Assembly: GCF_009914755.1 (NCBI RefSeq)
Contig: NC_060931.1
DNA length: 64,000 bases
Strand: one strand, 5' to 3'
Origin: the human T2T-CHM13v2.0 reference genome, Homo sapiens
Of this stretch, positions 1 to 12,104 are shown piece by piece. A model generated the notes under the pieces. That model was not told where the DNA came from. It ran no database searches and was given only the letters and a program-made list of their open reading frames with translations. Position 1 is the first letter of the stretch. The number at the start of each line of letters is the position of its first letter. Position numbers and translations under genes: made by a program.

Positions 1-9
1 CTTTTATGC

Positions 10-178
10 TTTAGACACTATATTACATCTATCACTTCATTCCATCATCACAAAGTCTGTAAATAGGGATTATTAACCCATTTTAGAGACCAAGAATATA
101 AGATTAAATAATTTGCTCAGGGTCACACAGCTAATAAATGACAAGCTAGGAGTGAAGCCCAGGTCTTTTTGACTCCAT
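10..178 (-). mobile_element. MIR SINE relic
   Basis: Degenerate MIR core (cccattttagag...ttgctcagggtcacacagctaataaatgacaagctagga). Confidence 0.7.
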
Positions 179-629
179 AAATACATATTAAACTTTCCTA
201 GAATCATTTTCTCATGCTTTGTTTTACAGACAATCTGGAATATTTGTAAAAGGCCAAAATATGTTTTCTGTATCAGAAGATTGGCTCAGATATTGTGTCT
301 GTTAGCTTTCCTTCAATGCCCATTTACTCTCCCTTTTTTATTTTTTTTTTAAAAAAAAGAGGATTTCTGTTTTGTTATTGAACGTATAGCTGCTACAGGG
401 AAAGAAATGAAAATATTGATTCAGATTTTCTTGGGGAGTGAAGGCAGAGGACATTCAGAGTACAGGATCTGCTCGGTTCCCTGGGCTGACAAGCTAAAAC
501 TGTGGATAAGAAAATGCCAGCTGTCTAGAAATAGTCTTTGAGGCTTGATTTTGGACGTTTTGTTAAAAACAACAACAACAACAAAACTGCTGAAAAGAAA
601 GTCGTCACCGGCATGGATAATAGCTATAA

Positions 630-1121
<492 letters not shown>

Positions 1122-2746
1122 TAGTCAACATGACTGAGTGAATTAATGAATGCTTGAATAAATGAACAGGTAGTAGAGAATGAATATATTGGATATCGTT
1201 ATGAAAGCAAATTTTCATAGAAAAAGAGCATAAAGCCATAGGAACCCCCGCAGAAGACACGAAAAACAAACTCACTCCCTGCTTTTGCCCAGAGCAGGCT
1301 TACAGCTGGCTTCACTTTAGTTTATCCTAGATTTCTCTTAGGACATTGAAGACAGAAAAGATGTTTGTAACCTGAAGTGTCAGGGAACAAAGCCAGAAGG
1401 TGCAACATGCAGAAGAAAACATATTCAATGAGTTTCTGAATGCTATCCTGTTTTTCTCTTCAAACAGAAAGAAAAACTCTCTCTCTCTCGGCCCCCCACC
1501 CCCTACACTCCCCTTCTCCCTCTCTGTCTTTCCAGTCAAAGAGACTGCAGCGGATGGCATGCCTTAAGTGCCTGCATGTGCCGATCTGATCCGCCCAAGC
1601 TAAGTGGCCAAATAGGATACTCCAGGCAATACCCCCAAGCCCCCCTGCAGCTCAGTGAGAAAGACGATGCAGGAATACCTGTGCCTGCGTCGTGTGCCGC
1701 CACTAGGGGTCCCCAGCAGCAGGCGATGTGAACTGGGAATTGGGTAGCAGAGGCGGCCTCCCTTTGTCTGCACCCCAGGTGTGGACTCCTCTTTGTTCAG
1801 AGGCAGGGCCGCTACCTGCGGCGTCTGAGCTGCCTGCTCATTAACCCATCCTGGGCCGTCTGTGCACCTCCTGAGGAAACAGCGGGTTTCTCAGCTCCTG
1901 CCCCTAGTGACGCCTGCCTCAGAAGAGCCAATGCGTTCTCTTTCTCAGGACTAGGTGTCTTTGTATTTGAAATAAGGCTTAAACTACAGAGCGAAATATT
2001 TCTCACTACAGCAAAAGAGCATTTTGATGTTGAGAAATTTATGGCAAAAGGACCACTTTCAGGGTACGGTAGAGTACTTGCCATAAAATATTTAAAGCTA
2101 GTTGACGAATAGCCCTGCTATTCTCCTGTGAATGCCCACCACTGGATTAATCTTGAAAGTAAGGAATACAGTATTTCATTCTGTGTTTAGCACAGGGAAA
2201 GGGAATGACCTTCACTAAAAAACACTCCAGAATGCCTGCAGTGAGGGAGCACAGCTCCTGCTATGACAGCCACGTTCACCCTGCAGTGCTTTCTTGTCTG
2301 CTTTTAAACTTCAAAAGAATGGTGAAACAAAATAAACAAATTACACCACCATAAGAGCTACCCTGCAAACAATAAATCATGTGAATTGTAACAGCCGGTG
2401 AAGGAGGGTGGGGTGGGGATTGCAAATATTTACTCCATCAAGATTTTATTCTTATGTTTCACCGTTTCAGTCTTTTTTGTTCACAGCAAAGGTAGTGTCC
2501 TTACATGACCGTCAAGTTCTTTCTTTTGCTGCAGATGTGTTGTTACTCATTGTCTTGTAGCTCAGTGGTCACAGCTACTAACGTGGAAAGGAACTGGCAT
2601 ACAAGAGAACCATTTACAGATGTCCTTAATTTGCTCATTTACTCAATGAGTAAACAATTGAACAACATCCACTGAGCACCTATTGTATGCAAAGTATGGT
2701 AGACAATACAGGGGCTGGGCAAACAAGGATCCTGCCCCCACCATGC

Positions 2747-3041
2747 TTTTTTTTTTTTCCCTGAGACAGGGCCTCACTCTGTCTCCCAGGCTGGGGTGCA
2801 GTGGCATCAACAGAGCTCACTGCATCCTTGAACTTCTGGACTCAAGCAATTCTCCCCCCTCAGCCTCCCAAGTAGCTAGGACTACAGGTTAACTACAACG
2901 CCTGGCTAATTTATTTTTTATGTTTTTAGAGATGAGGCCTCATGTTGCTCAGGATGGTCTCAAACTCCTGGCCTCAAGGGATCCTCCCACCTCAACTTAC
3001 TGAGTCACTGGGATTATAGGCATGAGCCACCAGGCCAAGCC
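2747..3041 (-). mobile_element. Alu (AluJ) within an L2 relic (~2630-3390)
   Basis: Diverged dimer with J-type features; L2-like flanks. Confidence 0.9.
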
Positions 3042-4449
3042 CGCTATTAATGGACTAAGGTAATGAAATATATACCAAAAGTACCATTAAAATAAGACAG
3101 AGCATGAGATCTGCCCATTGAGAGGTACAGTAGATGGACTAGAGAAATCCAACAGAAGAAGAGTTATTTTCTGCCTTGGGAATCAGGGAAAACTTTCCAG
3201 AGAAGGTGCATTCTGGTTGAACCCTTTTGGTATGTAGGATGGGAAGCAGGAAGGAATGGCAGAATCCAGTGCTGCTAGCCCCAAGGGCATAGGCCACCAT
3301 GAAAGAGGGTTGCCTTTGTGAAAGGGGGGAACAGAGATTAGATTGGAAAGGTAAGTTTGGAAGGCTTTGAATGCCAGGTGAAAGCTAAGTTAAAACAAAA
3401 TGATAATTTTTATTCTTAAGAAGCCCACATTATCCACAAGACTCCGTTTATCCCATAAGTCTTTTAATATTTGAAGAAAAAAGGCAGAAATGTCTTTTAA
3501 AATTCTACTTTCCAAACAATTAAGATTTCTGTAGCACCAATATTCTTTCCACTGGCAAATAGGTATTACCTAGAATTAAGGCAACACATAAATGAATAAA
3601 ATAGATGATAACTTTTTCATTGTTTCATTTGGAGAAATACTTTAGAAGGTCCACAAACAGGTCCCTGAGCCTACCAAAGAGGGATGTTAGCATTTTATTT
3701 CCAGCATGTCCTGATAACTTACTGATACTAAACATTTTTGCAAGGAGCAGCCAGCCTTCAGGCTCCTGAATCTAAGAAGGATGATAGTGAATGATTATTC
3801 ATGTTGAGTTTTCTGCATTGGTTATGGCTTTATCAATCCAGATGATCAATCAACTTTCAGATTTTAGTTCTGAACCTGGAGCTTTCTGTTTGGTATTCAA
3901 AATAATGGGTGTCAAAGTTATAGCTCATATCACACCGACAGACTGGGCCTCCCCCATCTGCACTTCTCTGTTCAGCAAGCGTGTTTGTTGGCCTTGTATT
4001 CCTCTTCTGGCCCCAGGATCCAGGAAAACATGAGTCTCAGCTTTTTTCTACTTCTGTACAGCACAGGGCCTTCAGGTGGTGCCTTCACAGCAAATACCCC
4101 CGTCCCTTCATCTGTCAATTTAGGACAATAAAAATAATCTGCCTCACAGAGCCATGCTTTACTTTCTCCAGTTAAAACACTATGAAGGGAAATATGAGTA
4201 TCCGAACTGCAGAAACAGAATCTGTTGTCCTTTTGTGAAATTTCAGAGATGAATAATGAAACCTGTTACCCTATTGCACAATTTGGGACAAGAAATATAA
4301 GCCATAGATTGAAGATAAGACATTTCCCCCTAGTAGAACAGGTCACAGTTGATTAGTTATCTCCAGATGCAATGAAGAAAGCAAAAATTTTTCAAACTAT
4401 ACATTCCTTCCTTAAAGTGAGCAACTTACAATCACTTTGGAACACAAAC

Positions 4450-4625
4450 TTCATGCCAGGTACACTGTAGCTTTCCACATAGCATCTTATTTAATCTTCA
4501 CAGCATCCTGTGTTATCAGATTTTTGTGGCAGGTGTAGAAACTGAGGCTCAGTAGGTCTAAGTAATTTGCTCAAGTTCGCAGCTAAGTGACAGAACCAGA
4601 GTTTGAACCCAGTTGTCTTCGAAGC
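4450..4625 (-). mobile_element. MIR relic
   Basis: gaaactgaggctcag...ttgctcaag...gtttgaacccag core. Confidence 0.7.
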
Positions 4626-6546
4626 CCAGATGGTAAAATTCTACCGGGCGACATAGCCAAGTCAGATAGTCCACCATCTAAAGATCTGGGGGGCTACATA
4701 GATTACTAGTCAAACAAGTAAGTGCTGTTTTCTATCAGAAGAACTCTGGGGAAACAGTAAGTTCCTTCTGATCTGATCAACAAGCCAAGTGTGTGATGGG
4801 TCACGTGTCCCTGAAGGCTCCAGATTAGGAACTGCATCATTTCGTGCAGTCCACAAAATGAAGGATAGTGGTAGGGGCTGGGAAAATGCGGGCGCTTGGG
4901 TCTCCTTAGACCAGCCAGGGCTGTTTCAAGGTCCATACAGTTGAGGGGTAGGAAGACGCAGTCCCACGTGACTGAAGAGTGCTCACACTCCTTTAACAGT
5001 TTAGCAAGGTGTATTTTTAAAAAATGGACCTTAATGAGAAGACACACTGGGATAGTATCCTGGAGGGATTTTTTTTTTTAAGTTCTAATCAACTAGAAAA
5101 TGTGACGTGGGTGCGTACTGTGATTATTTAACATTCATTATTCACTGTATGTTAGGTGCTTGGTTGATGTGGATCCCCAGGGCCTAGCTGCTATTCTGTG
5201 TCACTCCTGATAATTTTTAAATTGACTATGTTCTTTTAACCATGTTTTAAAAAGTTGAACTACCCCAATGTGAACACTTTCCATTTTTGCTATATAATGA
5301 GAGTACTTTCATTCCTTTAATGTTTGCTTTTTCCTTTGATCTAACAATTTCTCTTCAAATTTCACAGTTTTCTGTTGCTTTAGGATTGAAAGAACCGATT
5401 AGCCCGCTGGGAGCGTGAAACAGACTTAAAAAAAATCTGCATGGTATTTCCTCCCAGTGAAATTAATTTAGGTTTAAATACAGGGGGAAGGGACACACCT
5501 TGTGCTCGAGTCTCTTTCTCTCACACACCTGAGCAGTTCCTATCCTGAAAGGGCACAGTCGGACCTGCTGCCAAGTCTTAAGTCTTTTGTGAGAATCTTT
5601 TTTTGCAAGGCACGGAGAACCTCTTTCTCTTTGACACCGGCTTTGTGTGGGCCTGATGACACGTTTGGACGGCTCTATTTCTTTGAAGGCCAACCTCAGA
5701 GGCCCACGGACGCGTCGGGCACTGTCCGTGGCTGGGTTACTTAAGTGTAGCTGGGTTGGCTTCCCGGGTGTTTTAGGAAACGCACCTTCTTGCAGGGCAG
5801 GGACCGTCAGCTCCAGAGCAACAAAGGACAATTTGGAGAGGAGTGGAAGGAGCGCTCCATAGTGGCTCTGTCATCCCAGGTTCCCTTCTGCCTAGCACCG
5901 TGGCCCTAGTGATCCCGCCTTCGCCCTCTGGATCCCCCACCCCCACTGTCTCGCTGCTCGAGAGCCCGGCGGGGCGCGGTGAGCCCCACCACCTTCCCCC
6001 ACACCCTCCCTCCCCATCCCCTTCAAATCCTAGGAGCAGCGCTGCGCGCAGCAGCCGCGCTCGCCCCGCGCCCGGCCCCGGCCTCCCCAGCACCCCGGGG
6101 ACCCGGTCCCCCGTCCCGCCTCCCCCTGTCCAGCAGTCCGCAGCCTCCCCCTCCAGCCCCAGTGGCGGGAGCTGTCAAGCCCGCAGCAGCCGAACCACCC
6201 CCCGAGCGACCGCGTCTCCTCTTCTTCCTTTGTGTGTGCGCGAGCGGAGTTGGGGCGGAGGGAGAAGGGGGAGGTCGCTCTGTCTGTCCGTCTCCCGCCG
6301 CCTCTGCCCGGTCTACTCGAAGTGCGGCGGGAGAGGCGGGAGCCCAGGAGAGGGTGCGGGAGCTGGCGGGGCGGCTCGGAGCTGCCAGGACGCCCTGGTC
6401 CCAGCCGCGCACAGGGGAGCGTGGACGGCAGAGGGGCTCGGCGGGAGCCGAGATCCGCCCGTCCCGGCTGCCCCTCGGCCTCCCTCTGCTCCCACCTACC
6501 CCCTGACACCCATAGAAAAGCGTGCAAAGGCGCGGAGCGGGACGGA

Positions 6547-6600
6547 AACCACAAATAAATAGCGGCGGCGGCAGCGCGTCATCTGGTGGAGCAGGAAGTG
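6547..6600 (+). promoter_or_regulatory. Candidate core promoter: AACCACA (RUNX-like), AATAAATA (TATA-like), CATCTG E-box, GGAAGTG ETS site
   Basis: Short AT-rich patch inside the island (6554-6561), ~190 nt upstream of the ATG. A TSS near 6585-6590 is inferred from TATA spacing only. Confidence 0.45.
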
Positions 6601-6650
6601 CAGGCAGAGTCCGGAGGCTGGTGCTTTCTGCGCGTCCCCAGGACTTTGCC

Positions 6651-6722
6651 ATGGGCTGGGGGCCGCGGAGGCTGCGAGCGGCCGGGCGAGGGCAGCGGCG
6701 GCGGCGTCCGCACCGGGGCTGA
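6651..6722 (+). other. Upstream ORF in CHN2 5' UTR, 23 aa MGWGPRRLRAAGRGQRRRRPHRG
   Basis: GCCATGG Kozak context at 6651; TGA at 6720-6722, 29 nt before the main ATG. Translation is not demonstrated. Confidence 0.6.
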
Positions 6723-6751
6723 GCGAGCAGCGACGCGAGGGGCGCGCGGAG

Positions 6752-6800
6752 ATGGCAGCGTCCAGCAACTCCAGCCTGTCCGGCTCGTCGGTGTCCTCCG
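6752..6800 (+). CDS. CHN2: Beta2-chimaerin, coding part of exon 1 (16 codons + 1 nt, phase-1 intron)
   Basis: Translates to MAASSNSSLSGSSVSS, which I recognise as the beta2-chimaerin N-terminus. The next residue D is consistent with the split G. Consensus donor CCG|GTGAGT follows; the exon lies in a CpG island. Confidence 0.95.
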
Positions 6801-7402
6801 GTGAGTTTCAGCCCGTCGGGCGCTGCTGCCGCGCCGGGTCTCGCCCCACTGCCCTCGCCCCGCAGCCTGGGATGGACAGAGCCTACCTGTGGCCATCCCG
6901 CCCGCTCTCTCGGAATGGGGGCAGGCGTCCGGGGTGATACTTGTTTGGTTCGCCAGCACCTCGGTGCCCAGAGCACCTCCGCGCCTGACATCTGACAGCG
7001 CAGAGGTGGGAGAGCGGTGGTGCCCTTAGTGTGCGGACGCGGGTGTTCCGGGGCTTGGAGTGCAGCGAGCGAAAAGCGAAAGGAGCGGGCAGGCTCGCAC
7101 TTTCTGGCGCAGCTGGAGCGGGGGCTGGCGGGGCGGAGAAGGTTGGGGTGAAGCAGAGCGCCCCGACCTGTTTGCCGTGCCGCGCCCGCTACCCTGGACA
7201 CCCAAATCCGGAGCAGAGGGGAGCAAACCCTCGCTCCTCGCAGACTTGATTTTCTTTGTTTGTTTCAGAAATTAGCTCTATGGAGACACTCGCTTGGGCA
7301 TGGGTTTTAGACAGCAGCAATGAAGGGATGTATCTTTCTGATCCTGATTGAAGTGGGTTAGGGGAAGAGAGGTCGAGCCCATCCTCTGACTCTTGGCACA
7401 TT

Positions 7403-7405
<3 letters not shown>

Positions 7406-7489
<84 letters not shown>
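7406..7489. repeat. Compound microsatellite (GA)20(GT)11(GA)11
   Basis: Read directly from sequence. Confidence 0.97.
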
Positions 7490-7490
<1 letters not shown>

Positions 7491-9149
7491 TCCTTAGAGA
7501 TTTTCTGATAATAGTGGCTGTAATTTCACTAGCAAGGCATGCATTTTTTTTCCTTTTAAGAATGGTTGAGCAAAGGGAAGGCTTCTTTCAGCTTTTCTAT
7601 GGTTGATCATCGGGTCTAATTGAAGAGAAAAAAATTGCTAATGAATCTGAAGGAGTAGGAATCAATAGAGGCAGACCCACTGGTTTCTGAGTATGACAGG
7701 TTTCTAATCAGAATGATGCATTAGGTAGAATTCCTGTACCTCTCTGGTCATTGAAAACTTTAATGACAAACCCAAAGGGATAGCTGATAAGACATTTAGG
7801 GTAGTATACAGTATTTAAGGGTCAAGAAGGTCATGAAGTCCTAATGGAAGTGCTTCAATATATTAATATTGTATTAAGTCCCATTGGGCTGTTTTTATTA
7901 TTATTCGCGAATTAAACTCAAAGGAAGAAACACCTTTTTGGAGGCATTGGATAGCAAGCAGGGCAAAAAGGCAACCACAGCTTTAGATGTGTAACTCACT
8001 AAATCATAAATGCAAGGTGAATTTGACTAAGGTGCAATTGTGATGTGGCACAAGGTGATCACTTGAAAGCCATCTGTTATCTTTCTTGGCAGATTTACTT
8101 CCTGGGAAATGGCACTTCCTTTCTCGATCACTGCCAACTAATTGAAAACACGTTGTTGTTAGGTGTGTGATATAGTTCAAGTTTCTAGTAGTGGCAGCCA
8201 ATGGGGCAGAAGTCATATCTTATTAAGAGCAGCAACAAGTTGACCGCCGTGGTTTTAATTCTGAGAACTCAGCAAATGCTACAGTTTATTTTTAGTACCC
8301 TCAAACCACTGCTGCTGTTTTTCAATTCATTTTGGTTGACTAACATTGAATTTAAAATACAGTGGTGTTGGCTTTCTATTAGCATATGGTTATCCCTCTC
8401 AGAAAACTGCCCACTAGAAAATGAACTGGTGGGGCAAAAGAAAAGACGAAAGGAGAAAGGACAAGGAGCTGGTGGTGTCACATGATTTACTGGTGGCATG
8501 AATTACAGCTGCTGTGGCATCTGAATTTCCAGATCTTGATGTAGCTTAAGAAACCTGATTGAAAATCCTAAGTCAGCCTTCGGAAGAATACGTTGGTTTG
8601 AAACAACACAGTATGAGATTTAGATGATGGTAATTGCTTTCAGATAGGTTAGAGATGCCCATGATAGTTCTTTTTCCTGCTTTATTTACCCCTATTTTTA
8701 ATCCTAAGGGAAAATGGGAAATTATGTGAAAACTGAAATTCAAAAAGTGGGCATGGATGTATTGTTTGGCATGAATCAGCCTAGCCCATGAGTTTATACT
8801 GCCTAATTCCCCAATTAATCAGGCACTTTGTCTTGAAAAATACAGCATTGTAGTTCTCTTTTAAAGCACACTTACCATTGTGTGGATCATGAATAATTCA
8901 GATGACACAAGCAATTCACACCTGTGAGAGGTGTTGGGCAGAAAGAATAGAGTCTATTTGTGGTGGCAGCTGGGCTCTCTCAGGGGAAGGCCAGAATCTG
9001 AGAAATTAGGGCACTCCGTCAATGTATTAATCACTATTTTCAAGGGCCTACTATGTGCCAGGCAGTAAGTTATAAACCTCAGCTTCAAGAAGGCTAAGGG
9101 GGAAAGATAATTGTAGGATTCCCTCTAGCTCTGAAGTTCTGGGAGTATT

Positions 9150-9360
9150 GTCTTTTAATTCTGGCTTCATCACCGACCAGCTGGGTATCTTGGAGTGAGT
9201 TACTTAACTTCTCCAAGCCTCAATTTCCTCTTTTGTAAATGAGGCTGATACTGATGATAAGACCTACTTGGTAGAGTGTCTTGGGGATTGAATGAAATAA
9301 TGTGTGTGGAGTATTTAGCACAGGGCCTAGCATTTAATAAATGCTTAATGTGAATAAATT
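9150..9360 (+). mobile_element. MIR
   Basis: gttacttaacttctccaagcctcaatttcctcttttgtaaatgagg... core and 3' end. Confidence 0.8.
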
Positions 9361-10303
9361 TTACTTCTTTGAGGAATGAAAAAGAAGGCATTCACGGGCT
9401 CAGAATTTAGGTGGAGACATGAATCCAACACACAATCCACTTCTTTCATCACACGTTAAATTTGATCTTGAATTTTGGGCTTCATTAAATAAGCACGCGA
9501 GTGTTTTCCAGGTTTCAGGCATAGCCCTGAGTGTTTGGCATGGAAAGATGAGTCAAGATCCTTTTCCCTTATCCTCCAGCAGCCGAGACAAACATGCAAA
9601 CAGCAACCTCTATTCCAGTTTGATAAAACAAATTCTGTGGAGAAGGGTGCAGAGGAGAGGAATTGACTTAGTCAAATTAGAGGGGTCAGTGGAAATGTCA
9701 TATGAGTTGGGCCTTGAAAGCTGAGTAGAATTTTTCCGGAAAACAAATGGAGAAAAAGACATTTCAGGAAGAGAGAAGAGCTTAGGTAAAGGCCTGGAGA
9801 TGGGTAAGTTCATGGCATTATTTTGACTTTCTTTCTTGGGAAAGTTATGCTTACAGGCCCATAAGCAGCATCATGCACAGAGCTGCCAGCTCACTCATTG
9901 CTGCTGCTGATGTAGGAGGTTTTCTTTCTGTTCAGGTAGCAGTGGGTTTGATGGAACAGCTCTGGAAGCCGTAGGACATTTGGGCAATTGAGCAGTGAAA
10001 AAGGAACAGTTAATTCTGTAGCATCCAGCATAGACAGAGGTGAAGTCAACATGGGTTATACCTCTCATAGAGGAATAGCTGCGGGAGATTTAGGTATGTT
10101 TGTGTTTGCAGAGTAAAGATCTAATAATTTGCTCAGCATTAAGGTCAAAGTTGCCTGATTTTCCTGAGAATTTGCTCTCACTAGCTGCTGTTAAACTACA
10201 TCGCCCAAATGTGTCATTTATTCTATGGTACCAACTGAGACATAACAAATGAAATAATCAGGTTACAATTAATTTAAAAATACATTTTCTGAGAACTCTT
10301 CAT

Positions 10304-11339
10304 GAATTTTCTTCTGGAATATTCAATTATGTGTAAAAGAAATTGCTTTACCTTTGTTTTAATAACTACTGGTAATTAAATTTCACAATCACCTAGATTG
10401 GCAGGAAGCTTTGATTACCTTTATTATTTTAAATTGCAAAAATAAAAAAAAGTTCTTATCCTTAAGCTTCTAATTTAGCCTGTGGTTCTTGGTTATATTC
10501 TGAGATAAACAACGGCCAATTTGCAAAATAGTCTTCTTAATAATCATGGGTTACATTTGCTTGTATAATTAAAATAAGAACTTTTTGCATATTAGCAATA
10601 TGATTGCCAAATGGATAATTTCACAGTCAAGAAAAAAATCAACCCAAGCAAATCAATAAATAAAGAAGATATGAGATGTTCTCAGTAACTGAAAAGGGTA
10701 AAACATTAAATATTAAAGGAACCCTGGGGATAAGAAGTTAAGATTTGGAAACGTAAACCCACTGTATTATCAAAATAAAGTTGACACAGACTTTTAAAAT
10801 TAAAATGCAAACAGAAAAAGATAACAAGTCAGTATTAGGTGCAGTCTTCAAAACCTTAATTGGGAAAAGAACATTCCTGAATGGATTGAGGTATTTATTT
10901 CTTTAAATTCTATACAACAGTATTGTGGGCCAGGTAAATCATGCTGTTTTCTGCTATCACACTGATGTTGATGTAGAAATGATAAATAGGAATTTTCATT
11001 ACTCATTATTGGGGAGTCAAAACCAGTAACGTAGATAAGTCTTCCATATTTCTAGATGCAGGTGGCAAAACTGAACTATAGTAATTCTGGCAAGACTTAT
11101 GTATGTCTAACTAGAAATTCTCTGCATCCAATACTACAAAACAGGGTATCTTACTGAAACAGACATTCTCACTGAGAAGTTTTCTTTTGGACCTTTGGAT
11201 TTTTCAGAAATTTTCTTCCGGAATATTCAATTATGTCTAAAAAATTGCTTTGCGTTTATTTTAATGATAACTGCTCGATAATTAAATTTCACATCACCTA
11301 GACTGGCAGAAAGACTTGATTGCCTTTTTTATTTTAAAT
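10304..11339 (+). repeat. Dispersed direct duplication of ~130 bp (10304-10434 and 11207-11339)
   Basis: Shared blocks ggaatattcaattatgt, aattgcttt, taattaaatttcaca, tcacctaga, tggcag, ttgatt, tattttaaat in the same order. Confidence 0.9.
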
Positions 11340-12104
11340 CACACGTGCACAAATTGTGATTTAAAATATAATCTCAAATAAAAAACTTGCAAAGCTAAAA
11401 TTAACCCTGTGAGAGAAATTATTTACTCAGATGAGGAGTACTAGTCCTTGTTGTTTTTCTCCTGAGCATTCCATACCTCATTTTAACTTATTAGATTTTA
11501 TTGTCCATTGTAGCAACTCAGATGAACTGAGTGATACAGAGTCTGAGAGGTAAGGAGATTTTTCTTAGCATGCTACATATTTGCAGTGTTTGACAAGGGG
11601 GACCCAGTGATTTGTGAACTTGTGCTGAAATGCTGGTTCTCCCCACTGACCCCATGAAGTGCACTGGGTGACCCTGTCATTTGCCCAACTTTTGGGGAAT
11701 GTGAACACCAGGTATTTTCAACGGCCAGTCTGTGCAGGGTTTAGCTGGACAGTGTGTTCTGAGAGCTGCCACCTGGGGCCTGGCCTGAGTGTCAGCCGTG
11801 CTGAGGGCCATCTGCTGCTCGGCAGGGTCTCCCATTTTTGCACAATGGTGGAAGCAACTGGACATTTGGTTTGGAGCACCTATACATGAGCAGTGTCACA
11901 TAGGAATGTTTTGGAAGAGTTTTCTGCCAGAAGATCAAGATTCCTGTCAAGGCAAACACAGAGAAAAAGACATGAACCTAGTGATAGACAGACATATGAT
12001 TAATAGCATCCCCTATCACCCACCAATCATTTATCTTTTATGAATGTATGTATTCTCATTTCATGGCTTCTGAAATATGTCATTTAATTTTCAAAACAAA
12101 ATGG

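Larger units (their letters stand above)
5900..7250. promoter_or_regulatory. CHN2: CpG island / promoter of CHN2 (beta2 isoform)
   Basis: Abrupt GC- and CpG-rich stretch in an otherwise CpG-depleted window. It contains GC boxes (GGGGCGGAG at 6252-6260 and ~7130) and the first coding exon. Confidence 0.95.

Noticed and set aside
6801-6937. Extension of the exon-1 ORF to 61 aa
   Set aside because: Read-through past a consensus donor into the intron; not CHN2 protein sequence
5773-7275. Many overlapping long ORFs (up to 392 aa) on both strands
   Set aside because: Pro/Arg/Ala/Gly-rich, with no recognisable domain; the expected stop-codon scarcity in a CpG island
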